Under the pieces are notes generated by a model. It had not been told where the DNA came from, searched no databases, and saw only the letters and a list, made by a program, of their open reading frames with translations. Shown piece after piece: positions 1-12,378 of a stretch of 50,361 nucleotides of DNA. Made by a program: the position numbers and the translations under genes. Position 1 is the stretch's first letter, and every line of letters begins with the position of its first letter. This DNA is from Alloascoidea hylecoeti (Eukaryota). Where the stretch lies: positions 55,819 through 106,179 of the forward strand of contig BCKZ01000038.1 of the NCBI GenBank assembly GCA_001600815.1, read 5' to 3'.

Positions 1-3000
1 TGTAGGAGAAGAAACAATTGTTTCCAACTTTTTGTGTTCTTCTATAGGAACAACAACATAACCCTTGACCTCTGCTTTTTCCTTGAGGAATTCATTATCT
101 GGTGAATCAATTGTTTTAACCATTGTATTGTATTCTTCATTTGGAATAGCAGTGTAATCAAGTCTGTTAGCATGTTGAATTACTTCATCAAGTTCAGGTT
201 CATTAGCTTTTCTCTGTAATTGTGAGTAATCATCCTTTGGAATAGCGGCATAATTAAACCTATTGGCATGTTGAATTACTTCTTCAAGTTCAGGATCTTC
301 AGCTTTCTTCTGTAATTGTGAGTAAATCTCGTTAGCAGTAATAACAAACCCAATTTCTGAAGCCTTTTCAGCCAAGACAGATTCATTAGGATGAATTAAT
401 TCTTGATATTTAGATGTTGGAATAATTAATGAATCTTTCAATCCCACTTTTTCTTTAAGGAATTCATCATCAGGTTCATCAATTATTTTAACCATCTCAT
501 CATACTTCTTATTTGAAACAACAGTATAATTAAGCCTGTTTGCATGTTGAATTATTTCTTCAATTTCAGGTTCATTTGCTTTTCTTTGTAATAAAGAATA
601 AATACTTTTAGTTGCAACAATTAATCCAATTTCAGTTGCCTTTTCAGTTAAATATCCTAAATCAGGATGTAATAATTTTTTATAATTTTCAAATGTAATT
701 AATTCAAAACCTAATTTTTTAGAATTTTCTTTTAAAAATTCAATTGTTGGAGATTTTAAATTATTATATTGATCATTTGTTAAAATTATTGAATTTTGAG
801 ATAATGATTTTTCTTTTAAGTATTCAATTGATGGATTATTTATTGAATTAATTAAATTATTATATTCTGTATTTGATATTGTAATATAATCAAATTTTTT
901 AGAATTATTAATAATTATTTCTAATGATGGATTATTTAATTTATCTTCAAGATTTGAAAATTCTTCAAATGTTATAGTTTTTAAATTGAAAATTAATGCT
1001 TTTTCAACTAACCATTCTTTTGTTGGATTTTGTTTTAATTCCAATAATTTTTCATAATCATCATTTGAAATAACAATTGAATTAAATTTTTTAGCATTTT
1101 TTTCTAAACTTTTCAGTGTAATTTTAGGAATAATTGATTCTTGTTGATTTAATTCTTCTTTAATTATATTAAATTCATCTTTTTCAATTGAAACATAATT
1201 AAATTCATTTTCAATTTTTGTTATTAAGAAATCTAAATCGTCAAATTTTTCTAAATCTTTTGTTAATTGTTGTTTTTCTTCAATTATATCATTATATTCT
1301 TTTGCTTTTATTACAATATGACCTAATTTTTCAGCAACGTTTGCTCTTGATACAACATCACCTAATTGTTTTTCAACTTCTAAAATTGATTCATTTCCTT
1401 GTATTTGTGGTTGTGGTGGTGATGGTGGAGAAATTAATTGATTATATGCTTCAATTGGTAATAATTTATAACCTAAATTATCAGTCATTGTTGATATTGT
1501 TGAAATTGAAGGATTAATTAAATTTTCATAATCAATTAATTTAATAACTTTACAATTTTGTAAAAATGCTTGTCTTTGTAATTCATCAAGATTTAATTCT
1601 GATTTATATTCATCATCATTATTTATTATTGATTTAGTAGTTGGTATTGAAATTTGTTTATTTAATTTTTCAACCATTTCTAAATAATCAACTTTTTTAA
1701 TAACTTCAAATCCTAAATCAATTGCTTTTGTTATAATTTCTTCTTTACTTAATTCATCATCTTTTATTAATTTTTCATGATCATTTATATCACCAATAAA
1801 AAATTCTCTTTCAAAAACTTTTTGATTATTTTCAATTGGAGTAATTGGTCTTGAAGTTGGTATTATAACTAAACCTAATTTTTCACATACATTTCTTAAA
1901 ATATTTTCATTTAAATTTGAACCTTTTTGTAATAATATATAATTATGTTTTTCAGCATAATTTTCAAAATTAATTTTTGAAATTTTTTCTTCATTATTAT
2001 TTGAATCTAAATCATTATCAGAATAATTAAAATCATTTTGATCTAATTCATTAAATAATATATTATTACTATCTTTATTTAATAATAAATTATTATGAAT
2101 AATTGATGATGATGTTGAATTTGATCTATTTGAATTTGATCTTTTTAAGAAAAATTTAGAATTATTTGATGATGAATTATGAGTATGATGAATTACACTA
2201 TTATTATCATTTTCATTTTCATTATTACTTGAATTTGAAATTGAATCAAATGATGATTTTGATTTAAGATTTGAAAAACTTGGTAATTGACTTAAATCAT
2301 GAATTACTGTTGTTGTTGTTTTAACATCTTCATGTTCATGTTCATGTTCATGTTCATGTTCATGTTCATGTTCACTTAAATGATTTAAATTTATTGAACG
2401 AGAATGAATTGGTGATGAATTTAAATGATTTGATTTATTTGAATCAGTTGAAAAATCAGTTGATGAATATGATGATAAACTATTATAACTTGATTTTCTA
2501 ATATTTGAAGATTTTAATTTTAAAGATTTTGACCTTTTTGTATTTAAATTAAGTTTATTATGTTTAGGTTTTGATTTAACTAATTTATTATTATTATTAT
2601 TATTATTTTTACATTTTTTATTAGATGATGATATTTCAATTGATTTTTTTGATTTTAATATAACTGATTTTGAAGGAGTTGATAAAAATTGAGGAACTTT
2701 AACATTAATTTCAGTATTTTCATCATCTTCATTATTACTTGTTGATTCATCATAATTTACCCATCCTTCATCTTTACCATAAGTTTCAAAAAAATCTTCT
2801 TCTGTATCACTACCAACTAAATCATTTACATTTGAATTTGAATTTGAATTTAAATTATTTGATTTTGAAGGAGTTGTTTCATCAATAATATTTTGTTCTT
2901 CATAAATATTAATTTTACTTTTTCTATTTGAATTTGAAATTGAAATTTTTCTTGAACCACCAGTTAAATGACTAGCAAATCTTTTTTGATTTTTTAATGG

Positions 3001-4569
3001 TGTTGTTGTTATTATTTGTTCATGATTATCATTTAAACTTGAATTATCAGAATTTTCATTTGTTAATTCTTCTAATTGTTGAATATAAATTTCTAAATCT
3101 TTTCTATTATTTTTTTCTTTTATCAAAGTATTTCTTAATTTATTAATTGTTTGATATGAATGATTTAAAGATGCTTTTAAAGTTTCAGTTTCTAATAAAT
3201 TATTTTTTGAAGGAGATTGATTTAATGATGAATCATTATCATTTTGATTTAATTCATTATTTAAAGATAATAATTTAAAATTAATTGCATTATTATTATT
3301 ATTATTAGATTGTTTGTTTGAATTTTCATTATCACTTTGTAAATCATAATTTTTTTCATCTTGTAAAATTTTATTATTATATTTTTCTAATAATAAATCA
3401 TAATTATTTTTAGATTTTTCAATAATTAATGATAAATTATCTAATTTTGAAGTTAATTTAATATTTTCATTAAATAAATATTCATTTTCATCTTTAAAAT
3501 TTTCAAATTCATTCATTTGCTTTTTTAAATTTGATAATTCTTCTAATAATTCATTTTTTTCAAATATTAAATTTTCAATATTTAACAAATTTTTATTATT
3601 AATTTCAGATTTATTTAATAAATCAGAATTTAATTTAATTAATTGTAATTTTAATTCATTATTTAATTTTGAAAAATCTTGTATATTTAATTCTAAATTC
3701 CAATTAATATCACGAAATTGTTCTTCTTGATTATTTAATTCTAATATTTCATTTTCTAGATGTGAAATTTTTAAATTTAATTTTTTAATTGTTTCTTTTG
3801 AAGAATTTAATTCATCAGTTTTTAATTGGTTTGAATGTTGGGAGGATCTTAATTCGGATAATAATTGATCGGATAAAGCAGATACGTAGTTAATATCCGA
3901 TTGTGGATCATGTTGTAAATTTGTGGTAGTTGTTCCAGTTTGTGAGCGGGAAATGGTTGTGTTTGCAGATCTTTGGGAAATAGTACCGGTTGATGAGGCA
4001 GCAGCAACGCGTCGATATAAAGTCTAAAATTAGAAAGTCAAAAAAAAAGGAAAACGCGTTAGAAAAAAAAAATCAGTGAGAATTAGAAATAGAAATAGAA
4101 AACGAATACATACGGGAGTTGGAATATCAGCATCAGCATTGGTGGATGTGTCAAGATCCGATTGGGCCTGTGGTTGGGCCTGTGGTTGGGCCTGGGCCTG
4201 GGGCTGGGCCTGGGGCTGGGCCTGGGGCTGAAGATCGTCAGCAGTGTGGTAGTTCTCACTCTCATCGTCAGGGTCGTCGGACGATTCAGGGGCGATATGG
4301 CTGAAATCGTGGGACGGGGCTCGCAGTCTCCTCAGCAGGTTGAAGTTTGGGGTGTGGCCTTCATTGTTTGCAGCCGTGGAATGCACCGCCTCGGGAGAGC
4401 TGGGGGCCGTGACGTCCACGGCAGTCAGGACCGGGGCCGCGGGGGACGCGACGGGGGCAGGAGGGTCGGGCTGCTGGCTGGGCTGCTGGCTGGGCTGCTG
4501 GCTGTGTCGCATGTTCCGCGTGATGGAGGACAGGGCGGCCGAGAAGAGAGAAGGGTCGTTCGAGGACAT
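1..4569 (-). CDS. NUM1: Num1/ApsA-like cortical dynein/mitochondria anchor, 5' part only. Exon 1 4569-4114, intron 4113-4024, exon 2 4023-<1 (runs off the window)
   Basis: GTATGT donor at 4113, CTAAC branch near 4058-4062, TTTAG acceptor ending at 4024, phase 0. Exon 2 is 4023 nt and reads in the same frame at both ends. It has a coiled coil with SDQLLSELRS and EEQFRDINWNLE (typical of the Num1/ApsA N-terminus) and, near the left edge, ~33-aa repeats such as EPELDEVIQHANRL and SPDNEFLKEKA resembling Num1 repeats. Confidence 0.88.
2329..2374. repeat. (TTCATG)n microsatellite encoding an EH dipeptide run in NUM1
   Basis: About 7-8 tandem copies are visible in the sequence. Confidence 0.9.
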
Positions 4570-4798
4570 TTCCTAGCAGAGTCCTGGCTTCACTCCGACA
4601 CTAATCTGCACAAAGAAACTCGAAAATTGTGGAAACCAGAAGCAGAGGAGAACTTTATTACTTTTATATTTCCAGAGTGTAGCGCCCATTCATTCCGGCT
4701 GCTGTTCTTTCATGCGCAGCCGGTCACGAGCGTCCCGCGTCGGCGTGCTGCTTGGTCAGCAGCAGTGTGCCGCTTACGTAACTGAACAGTGGGTGTTT

Positions 4799-4843
4799 CA
4801 GGCCTGGCCTCAGGCTGGCCTCAGGCTGGCCTCAGGCTGGCCT
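4799..4843. repeat. GC-rich 11-bp tandem repeat CAGGCTGGCCT upstream of NUM1
   Basis: Three exact copies (4811-4843) plus one with an extra C (4799-4810). Confidence 0.9.
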
Positions 4844-6072
4844 CCAACAATGCCCCCCCCCCGCCATTGTCGCTCTGCTACTGTCGCAGTCGTCCTGTCG
4901 ATAATCTGGTGCAAAATAGCTGCTATGCATGCCTTGCAACCGTCATTCTTACTATCCTTGAAATTGTAGATCTTTCCGGTCATGTCGAAATTGAAATCCT
5001 GACTTCACATCTCTGATAAGAAACCTTACCAATAGCTCTTCTTCTTGAATTTGAACATTTAACATCATCTCAACTATTTTTTGTATATCTTCAGGTCTAC
5101 ATCCTTTCGTTTCCTTGTCATGAATCGTATTAAAAAAAAACAGACGCACAAATCTAAGTCTTATACCGCGAATCCCCAAATGAAACAGGCAAACTCTTTT
5201 AATTGGGCGTGCATAGAACTATGATACATTGTTTTGTGTTTTTCAAGTGAAAGTTCATTAAACCGTCAAAATCAAAAGAGCTGAACCTCCTGTAAGAAAT
5301 CCAATTATTTTTTAGCTAAACTTAGGTCTAAAGGATATTTTGGTACCTGTTGACTACAATATGTCATTGGGATCCTCGCAATGAAAAAATATCATCATAA
5401 AACTACATGGAAGCAAATAATACCAAAATTCCTCAATTATCTTAATAATTCTACAAGTATTAACATTTAACTTTTTTGCTATAAAGTTACATACATGTAT
5501 ACTGAAATTATAATTATGCAATATATGCAATACAAGTTACAACATTAAAAATGTAGTACCATTCGTAACATATTTAAGTTTGAGGATTTTAGTTAAGATA
5601 ATAATCTTAATATATCAATTAATTCACAGACTTTAAAATATTAAATTATGTATTTGATTCCAATAATTATTGTAGATTTCATCAATAATATAAATATTCT
5701 GGATATTCATCAGCTTGATTTTAAACATCACATTAAACCAAACAATTCATTCAACATTCAAACGTATTAGCTGTTTCAGTTCTTGGAACATTTTTAATAC
5801 CCTGTTTGAAAGCATTTAAAGTCTTTTTTTTTCAAGGTATCAAAAACGTTTACTTAAAGTTACGGTTCTAAATAAAAAGTACGATAAGTTAATAATAGTA
5901 AAATTAATTAAATAAATAAAAAAAGAATTCATAATCATTCATCTACATCAAGAAATCAAATATAGGAAATTTATCAATGTTTTTTTTAAAAAAAGATAAA
6001 AGAAACTTTAAAAAAAAAAATTTAAAATGAATAAATAAATTTTTAGTTTTAGTCTTTTAAAAACTCCTTGAA

Positions 6073-7542
6073 TTACTTCCTTTTGGGATTTTCAGAAGTC
6101 TCTGCAACGTTATTTTCATTATTGAAACCTTTATGTTGATGTTGAGCATGATCTTGTAGTTCAGATAGTTGGCGTCGACGTCCATCAAGTTCATTAATAT
6201 ATGTCGAATACCAGGATGGTTCTGAACCGTTAACGTTTGTATGCCAATTAGTTCTCGTAATTGGACGATTTCCATTTGTATTATTCCAAACAAAATCATT
6301 ATCCCAAAAAGGACTCCTATTTACATTAGTGGATGCATTCCCATTTTTATAAGAAACATTCGTATTATCGAGTGTATTTATATTAATATCCGTTGATCTA
6401 GATATATTTCTATCAGAAAGTGCATTGGGGGTATTATTAAATATATCTCTATTGCGATTCTCGAGTGGGAAAGTAGTAAACGAAGGGTTTAAACTAAAAT
6501 TCGAAATATTTGGATGAACCGTAGAATCAGTAAACGATGCGAATAAATTTGAAGAACCAGAATTATTATTAATATTAAGATTATGAGCATTGACTCCAGA
6601 TTGTGNCCCTTCCATNAGNGGAGTATGTAGTTGGTTTTGTTGAGGTCTATACCATGATGAAGTATGTAACTTGATTTGTTGAGTTCTTTCCAATAATGGA
6701 GTTTGTGTTTGNTTTTGTTGACTTTTTTGTCTTGCTGGANTTTGTATTTGGTTCTGCATTCGGTTTATGAATTGATCATCCAANCCACCAGGAAGAATAC
6801 ACATCCAAATCCTAGTTTTATAAAGTTTATACATAGCATCATTTAGGTTTTTAAAACTAACCTTTTTCGAACATTTATAATAAAAAGTTAACTTTTTTTT
6901 ATCAAATTGATACTCACAATAGACAATATCCATTAAAGTTGTCGGATCCATACCGCGCTTATCAGAATTATATTGTCTGATTAATTCTTCACGACAAACC
7001 CTTGAAGCAAGTTCTTCTTGCTCATTTTTTATACTAATTGAATTAACATCCTCAGAATCAGCAAATCTAATGATTTGTTTTGGTTTACAAAGCACAAAAT
7101 CCCTTGGCCTTACAGTAACACCACCTGCCATGAGGGCATTTTCTTGAATATCGTGTTGTTGATATTTCAGGTAACGGACATAATCTTCGGGAACGTTACA
7201 ACGGATCACTTTTCCAATGTCATACTTGTCTTTATCAACATTTACGATAACAACGTCGTTCACTTGAATATGAAGATCGTTTATGGTGGTAGTGCAGTAG
7301 ACATCGACCCTTCTAGCTTTAAATGCCACAAGGTACAAATGGCGCTGGAAATCTGCGCGGGGTAGGAGGGGTAGCTCGTTAAGAATAGAGTGATCTAACA
7401 CCGTGTTGAAAGGGGGCAAATGGTGTTGGTATGCAGGGTGAGTAGTAAAGTAAGAATCAATAGCATTCTTATGACCGAGAGTTGGAGATAGATTGTGATT
7501 GTTGTAGGGGGGACGGCCATGATAATCCATACTGGTAAGCAT
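6073..7542 (-). CDS. PSP1 C-terminal-domain protein (Psp1/Ylr177w family), copy A
   Basis: Motifs LYLVAFKARRVDVY, DIGKV, KPKQIIRFA, EYQFDKKKLTFYY and LYKTRIWMC match the PSP1 domain. Q/N-rich tail. A few N bases. Confidence 0.85.
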   Translation of the reverse strand: MLTSMDYHGRPPYNNHNLSPTLGHKNAIDSYFTTHPAYQHHLPPFNTVLDHSILNELPLLPRADFQRHLYLVAFKARRVDVYCTTTINDLHIQVNDVVIVNVDKDKYDIGKVIRCNVPEDYVRYLKYQQHDIQENALMAGGVTVRPRDFVLCKPKQIIRFADSEDVNSISIKNEQEELASRVCREELIRQYNSDKRGMDPTTLMDIVYCEYQFDKKKLTFYYKCSKKVSFKNLNDAMYKLYKTRIWMCILPGXLDDQFINRMQNQIQXPARQKSQQXQTQTPLLERTQQIKLHTSSWYRPQQNQLHTXXMEGXQSGVNAHNLNINNNSGSSNLFASFTDSTVHPNISNFSLNPSFTTFPLENRNRDIFNNTPNALSDRNISRSTDININTLDNTNVSYKNGNASTNVNRSPFWDNDFVWNNTNGNRPITRTNWHTNVNGSEPSWYSTYINELDGRRRQLSELQDHAQHQHKGFNNENNVAETSENPKRK

Positions 7543-8456
7543 GTATCAAGTAGAGTGGTAAAAATATATAAAAGAGAATCAAACCTTTATATTACTCATA
7601 TTTTTTTTTTTTTTTTTTTNTTTTTTTTGTCATAGTTGTTAAATTGAAGGTTTTGCATTTTTAGAATCGCAATATATTGCAGTAACAGTTACTACAACGG
7701 GATGAAGCTTATATTGAATAGTCTAACTTTAATACTTAAGCTTAAATTCTCTTATTTGTAAAATGCAGTAGTCTATTTGAATAATCATCAGCATTAATAC
7801 TACTCGATTTGGTTCTGTTTTACTAAACTCTGTTACCTTAAATTTGTTTCTTCCAACTGCCACTTAACAAAAGGAATGAGGGAATCTCATGTCACGTACA
7901 TGTGTGTACATAAAGTTTATTCGCCGTGTGCTCACTTTTCTTTTTTCTTTTTTAAAGAAACGAATGATAGCCATAGTATTAAAATACATACAGCCAGTAA
8001 ATATGCATATAGATTTTTCATTTAAAATGCATTTTACCTATTTTTATATAGCTGTTAGTGTGTGATATATAAATTCATAGCAAAATTTTACATGTACCAC
8101 ATGTTAATTCCATTATATCCAAATATAATAATGGAACTGTGTGTATTTATCATCGTTATCTCATATCTACTCAACCTTGTACAGTAAATCTTAATTTTGG
8201 TATTTTTTCATTTCATCAAAATCGCGAACGTTGTCTATCTATAGTTAATAGCTATAGCAGTACTGTGATCTATCTTTAAGTTATATCATCCAACTTCGTC
8301 GGCTCTTCGCATTCATAAAAAGGATTTAAAGCATATTCCAAAAGAATGTTTTTCAGGAGAGTCCTTATGGTAGGATCTGATATTTTGATGATTGAGCTTT
8401 GAACCCAGCACTTCAAATGTATTCAAGGAGAAAGCTTTTACAAACTTAAAATTTGT

Positions 8457-9695
8457 TTACCCATTATTTCTTCTATTTAAATTACCTCGGTGAGTACTCT
8501 TCAAAAGAGGGCTGAGTCTATTAGTTTTAGTCAAAGCATTATAATTATTATAATGAACTACATTCGTTTTATCAGATGCATTTCTATTCTTATCAGTTGT
8601 TCCAGATATATTCCAAATTTCATTTTTATCATTAAATATATTTCTATTTGTATTCTTGGGTGGAAAATTAGGAGAGTTCAAACTGCTATTCGAAGACAGA
8701 TAAATAATTGGATAAACCATAGAATCAGCAAACGGTTCAAATAAATATGAATAACTAGAATTGTTATTATTATTATTATTATTATTAATTCTAGATCGTG
8801 ATATTTCCATTGGTAGAGTATGTATTTGGGTTTGTTCATGTGTAAGCCATAGTAGAGTTTTCATTTGGTGTGGTTGATTTTTTTGTCTTGCTGGAGTTTG
8901 TATTTGTTCTCGCATTCGATTTATGAATTGATCATCCAATCCACCAGGAAGAATACACATCCAAATCCTAGTGTTAAAAAGTTTATACATTGCACTATTT
9001 AGGTTTGTAAACTTGACCTTTTCTGAACATTTATAGTAGAAAGTTATGTTTTTTTTATCAAATTGATATTCACAATAGATAATATCCATTAAAGTTGTCG
9101 GATCCATACCGTTTCTTTGAAGATTATATTGCCTAATCAATTCTTTACGACAAAGCGTTGAAGCACGTTCTTCATCCTCATTTTTCATACTAATTAGATT
9201 AACATCGCCACATTCAGCGAATCTAATAATTTCTTTTGGTTTAAAAAGGACCAGATCTCTTGGATGTTGAATAACACCACTTGCAACGAGGGCGTTTTCT
9301 TGAATATCGTGTTGTTGATATTTCAGGTAACGGACATAATCTTCGGAAACATTACAGCGGATCACTTTTCCTATGTCCACCTTGTCGTCATCAACATTTA
9401 CGATAACGATGTCGTTCACTTGAATATGAAGATCGTTTATGGTGGTAGTGCAGTAGACATTGACTCTTCCAGCTTTAAATGCCACAAGGTACAAATGGCG
9501 CTGGAAATCTGCGCGGGGTAGGAGTGGTAGCTCGTTAAGAATAGATTGATTTAACACCGTGTCGAAGGACGGGAAATGGTGTTGGTACGTAGGGTGAGTA
9601 GTAAAGTAGGATCCAACACCCCTATAGGCATTCTTCTGATCAAGAGTAATGTTGGGATTGTTATTGAGCATATAATAATCCATACTGGGAAACAT
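8457..9695 (-). CDS. PSP1 C-terminal-domain protein, copy B (tandem paralogue)
   Basis: Same motifs (LYLVAFKAGRVNVY, KPKEIIRFA, EYQFDKKNITFYY, TRIWMC). High identity to copy A, including upstream non-coding blocks. Confidence 0.85.
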   Translation of the reverse strand: MFPSMDYYMLNNNPNITLDQKNAYRGVGSYFTTHPTYQHHFPSFDTVLNQSILNELPLLPRADFQRHLYLVAFKAGRVNVYCTTTINDLHIQVNDIVIVNVDDDKVDIGKVIRCNVSEDYVRYLKYQQHDIQENALVASGVIQHPRDLVLFKPKEIIRFAECGDVNLISMKNEDEERASTLCRKELIRQYNLQRNGMDPTTLMDIIYCEYQFDKKNITFYYKCSEKVKFTNLNSAMYKLFNTRIWMCILPGGLDDQFINRMREQIQTPARQKNQPHQMKTLLWLTHEQTQIHTLPMEISRSRINNNNNNNNNSSYSYLFEPFADSMVYPIIYLSSNSSLNSPNFPPKNTNRNIFNDKNEIWNISGTTDKNRNASDKTNVVHYNNYNALTKTNRLSPLLKSTHRGNLNRRNNG

Positions 9696-11207
9696 ATATC
9701 AAGTAGAGCAATAAAAATATTGATAGAAATCAAAGCTTTTATACACTTCCATTCCATTACTCAAATTTGTTTTTCCTTGCATTATAGTTGCCTCTATTAA
9801 TTTTTTTTTGAAGGTTTTGTTTCTTAGAATAGCAATTAACTTTAATAACAGTTACTGTAACGGGAAGAAGCTTGTATTATTGCATGTATTTAGTCTAACT
9901 TTAAATTTAATTCTAACCAAATATTCTTATAATTAGATTATGTTCATTGGAAAATACAGTGGTTTATTTTATTAACATATAAAATTAATATATTTGTAAA
10001 AATATATTTATATATACTACTCATTACACTTAAGTCATAAACGATTCCGCGGCCCGATATTTTTGTGAATAAGTCAATATTTCTTCTCAGAGAATATAAA
10101 TTCTCAAGTAAACCTTAACTTTTTATGGTTATTGTGTACATATGAATAATACTCGATTTTGTTCGAGTTTACCAAATCACTGATATGACTAGCATTATTT
10201 CTAGTCGCTGTCAGTTAACAAGTAGCTCAAAAGTTGCGAGCCGTTAATAAAAATGTAAGGGATGAATAAAAAGCACATGTATTTCAATAGCCACATCTTT
10301 TGAGGAGAATTTTCAAGTTCGATCTTAATACCTTATAGCTTTTTACACTAATAACGAGCATCGTAGATCAAGAGACTTGCATCGTATGTTCCAGGAACAG
10401 TTAGTATTCTTGAATGTTGTACTTTTATTTCTATATTATTAATTTGGTCTAAGTCAACTTCCACAATCTAGCTGATTAACATCCGGAATAGTGTTTTTCG
10501 ACTTCTACAATAATTGTTGGAATCAAACACAAGGATATAATTGATATTAATTTTATTATATCTGTGATCCCAGGTATACTTTATAGTTGCAAAATCCAAA
10601 AGCTCACCACCCCTGATTATTTGAGAAATAATTGTTTGGATGTTATGGTTTTTATATTGTAATTAGTTTAGTTCTTACCTTCTTTAAATTTCTTTTCAAA
10701 AAATTTACTTTTCTTCTATCGCTTTTCGTGTTGATTATAAATTTCGACCCACAATGGTAACCAAACTTATATTAAGTAACAATAGTTCTTGATATCATTG
10801 ATAATACTGTAAGATTTGACAATAATCTATTTTAACTGTATTTTCTAAATTAACATTTACATTAAAGTTTACATTTTAAAATAAAAAATCTATAAATTTA
10901 TGATTTAAATTACAAGAAGAAGTTATCTTAATTATTGAAAGATTATATTCAAACTAAATTTTTAATTTTACAAAATAGGATAAATTAACTTTATAATTAA
11001 ACGAATAACTAATCACATACACTTATTCCAATTCTGTGGAACGATTATGAATAAAGAGGGTCAGATCTAAAAATGATTAATTAATTAAATAAATAAATTT
11101 AAAAATCGTTTTGCTCGATTAAAAGTGTGTGATGTATGATCATATATTTTCACACAGAATTCAATCAATATTTTCATTCATAAATTCTACTTTAATGCTT
11201 CCCGGTC

Positions 11208-12378
11208 TCAAATTTTATTTTCCAACATTCTTTCGATAGAAGGAGTTCCAAAATCAATAACTGTGAAATCTTCCCTCTGTAAAAATTGTCTATTACGGAC
11301 GTTGAAATGAACAGAAATTCATATATTAATATTTCCCTGTATACGGATCATATGTATCATATCTTTATAAACTTTCATTAACTGAGATGTAGGTGAATAA
11401 GTATAAGCATATTTACCAGATATCATCATAGGCTTAGGGACCGGGAAGTATGTGTGGGTGATTTTTAATAGCTTACCAGTAGTGATCCTATAGATGATTA
11501 CACCATATATATAAAGATGTAATTGATTATTATAACTTTTAGTTATAACCACCATACTATCATCGTTAAAATTCAATAATTGAATATAATAAAGGAATGG
11601 AGTTATAGGAGTTACCGTTCTTTGGTCGACAGGTTCATTTAGACTTTCTGACCAATGGTAGAACAACTTTGTTCCAGAAGAATATAGTGTCCAAATACAC
11701 ATAATACACCTATGAATTCCTATTTCATCATGATGGATACTATTTCTCAATTCATAGAGCTTTCCGTCAAAATATTTAAATGCCAAATTCTACCAGCAGA
11801 TCGAAACTTCAAATGATAAAAGGGTAGTTGGCTGGAAATTGAGGAAAAATGTTTAAATGTGAAAATTGATCCGGAAACTTATTTAATATTTCTGATGTAT
11901 CAATATTATGATCTTCAACATAATTAAAAATATCTGAACTCAAAGTCAAGTTTACGAGCCCATAATTTATTATTAGTTTCAAGTACCAGGGGTATTTCTA
12001 TAGGAATTCCTGCCTTTAGGGTACGTGGATAATTTTGAATTCTGTCTCATGGTCATCTAAAAATGCAAAGTCTGATTTTGACTTAATCGTCGTAATCTGT
12101 ATGATGATGGGTTTGTTGCTACTTGAGTATAAATCACTCTGATTTTTGTATATGAGTACACCATTAAATTTATTCATTCTTTCAATCGTCGCCACTAACC
12201 ATAGTTGGTATTTTTTTTGTTCCGAGGGAGACAAGACTAGTTTCCAAAATCCGGATTGATTAATATGATTGTACCAGTAACGAGAGACGCGCTGAGTCTG
12301 ATTGGGTACTGACAACGATCCTTGTTCAACTATATGACTAAATATTTCTATCAAAATTTCTGATGGGAACACCTTCAT
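11208..12378 (-). pseudogene. F-box-like protein pseudogene, family 1 copy A
   Basis: N-terminal DPMKVFPSEILIEIFSHI...QRVSRYWYN is F-box-like. The ORF is broken into 12016-12378 and 11319-11786. Sequence after the 11319 stop (NRQFLQREDFTVIDFGTPSIERM) still aligns with the paralogue at 44.1 kb. Confidence 0.7.

Noticed and set aside
1218..1517. 99-aa plus-strand ORF, and other short antisense or alternative-frame ORFs over NUM1, PSP1, EXG1, SIS, PAF1, DPB11, the zinc-finger genes and the LINE
   Set aside because: They are shadows of real genes on the opposite strand or frame, with no independent motifs.
4030..4569. 179-aa stand-alone ORF with a hydrophobic C-terminus
   Set aside because: The hydrophobic tail is read-through into the intron after the GTATGT donor at 4113.
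4162..4785. 207-aa GL/GW-repeat ORF on the plus strand
   Set aside because: It is antisense to GC-rich NUM1 exon 1, and its repeats are the complement of the QPQA/QQPS codons.
6606..6784. N bases in PSP1 copy A as evidence of pseudogenisation
   Set aside because: They are single ambiguous bases that keep the frame, more likely heterozygous or low-quality calls.
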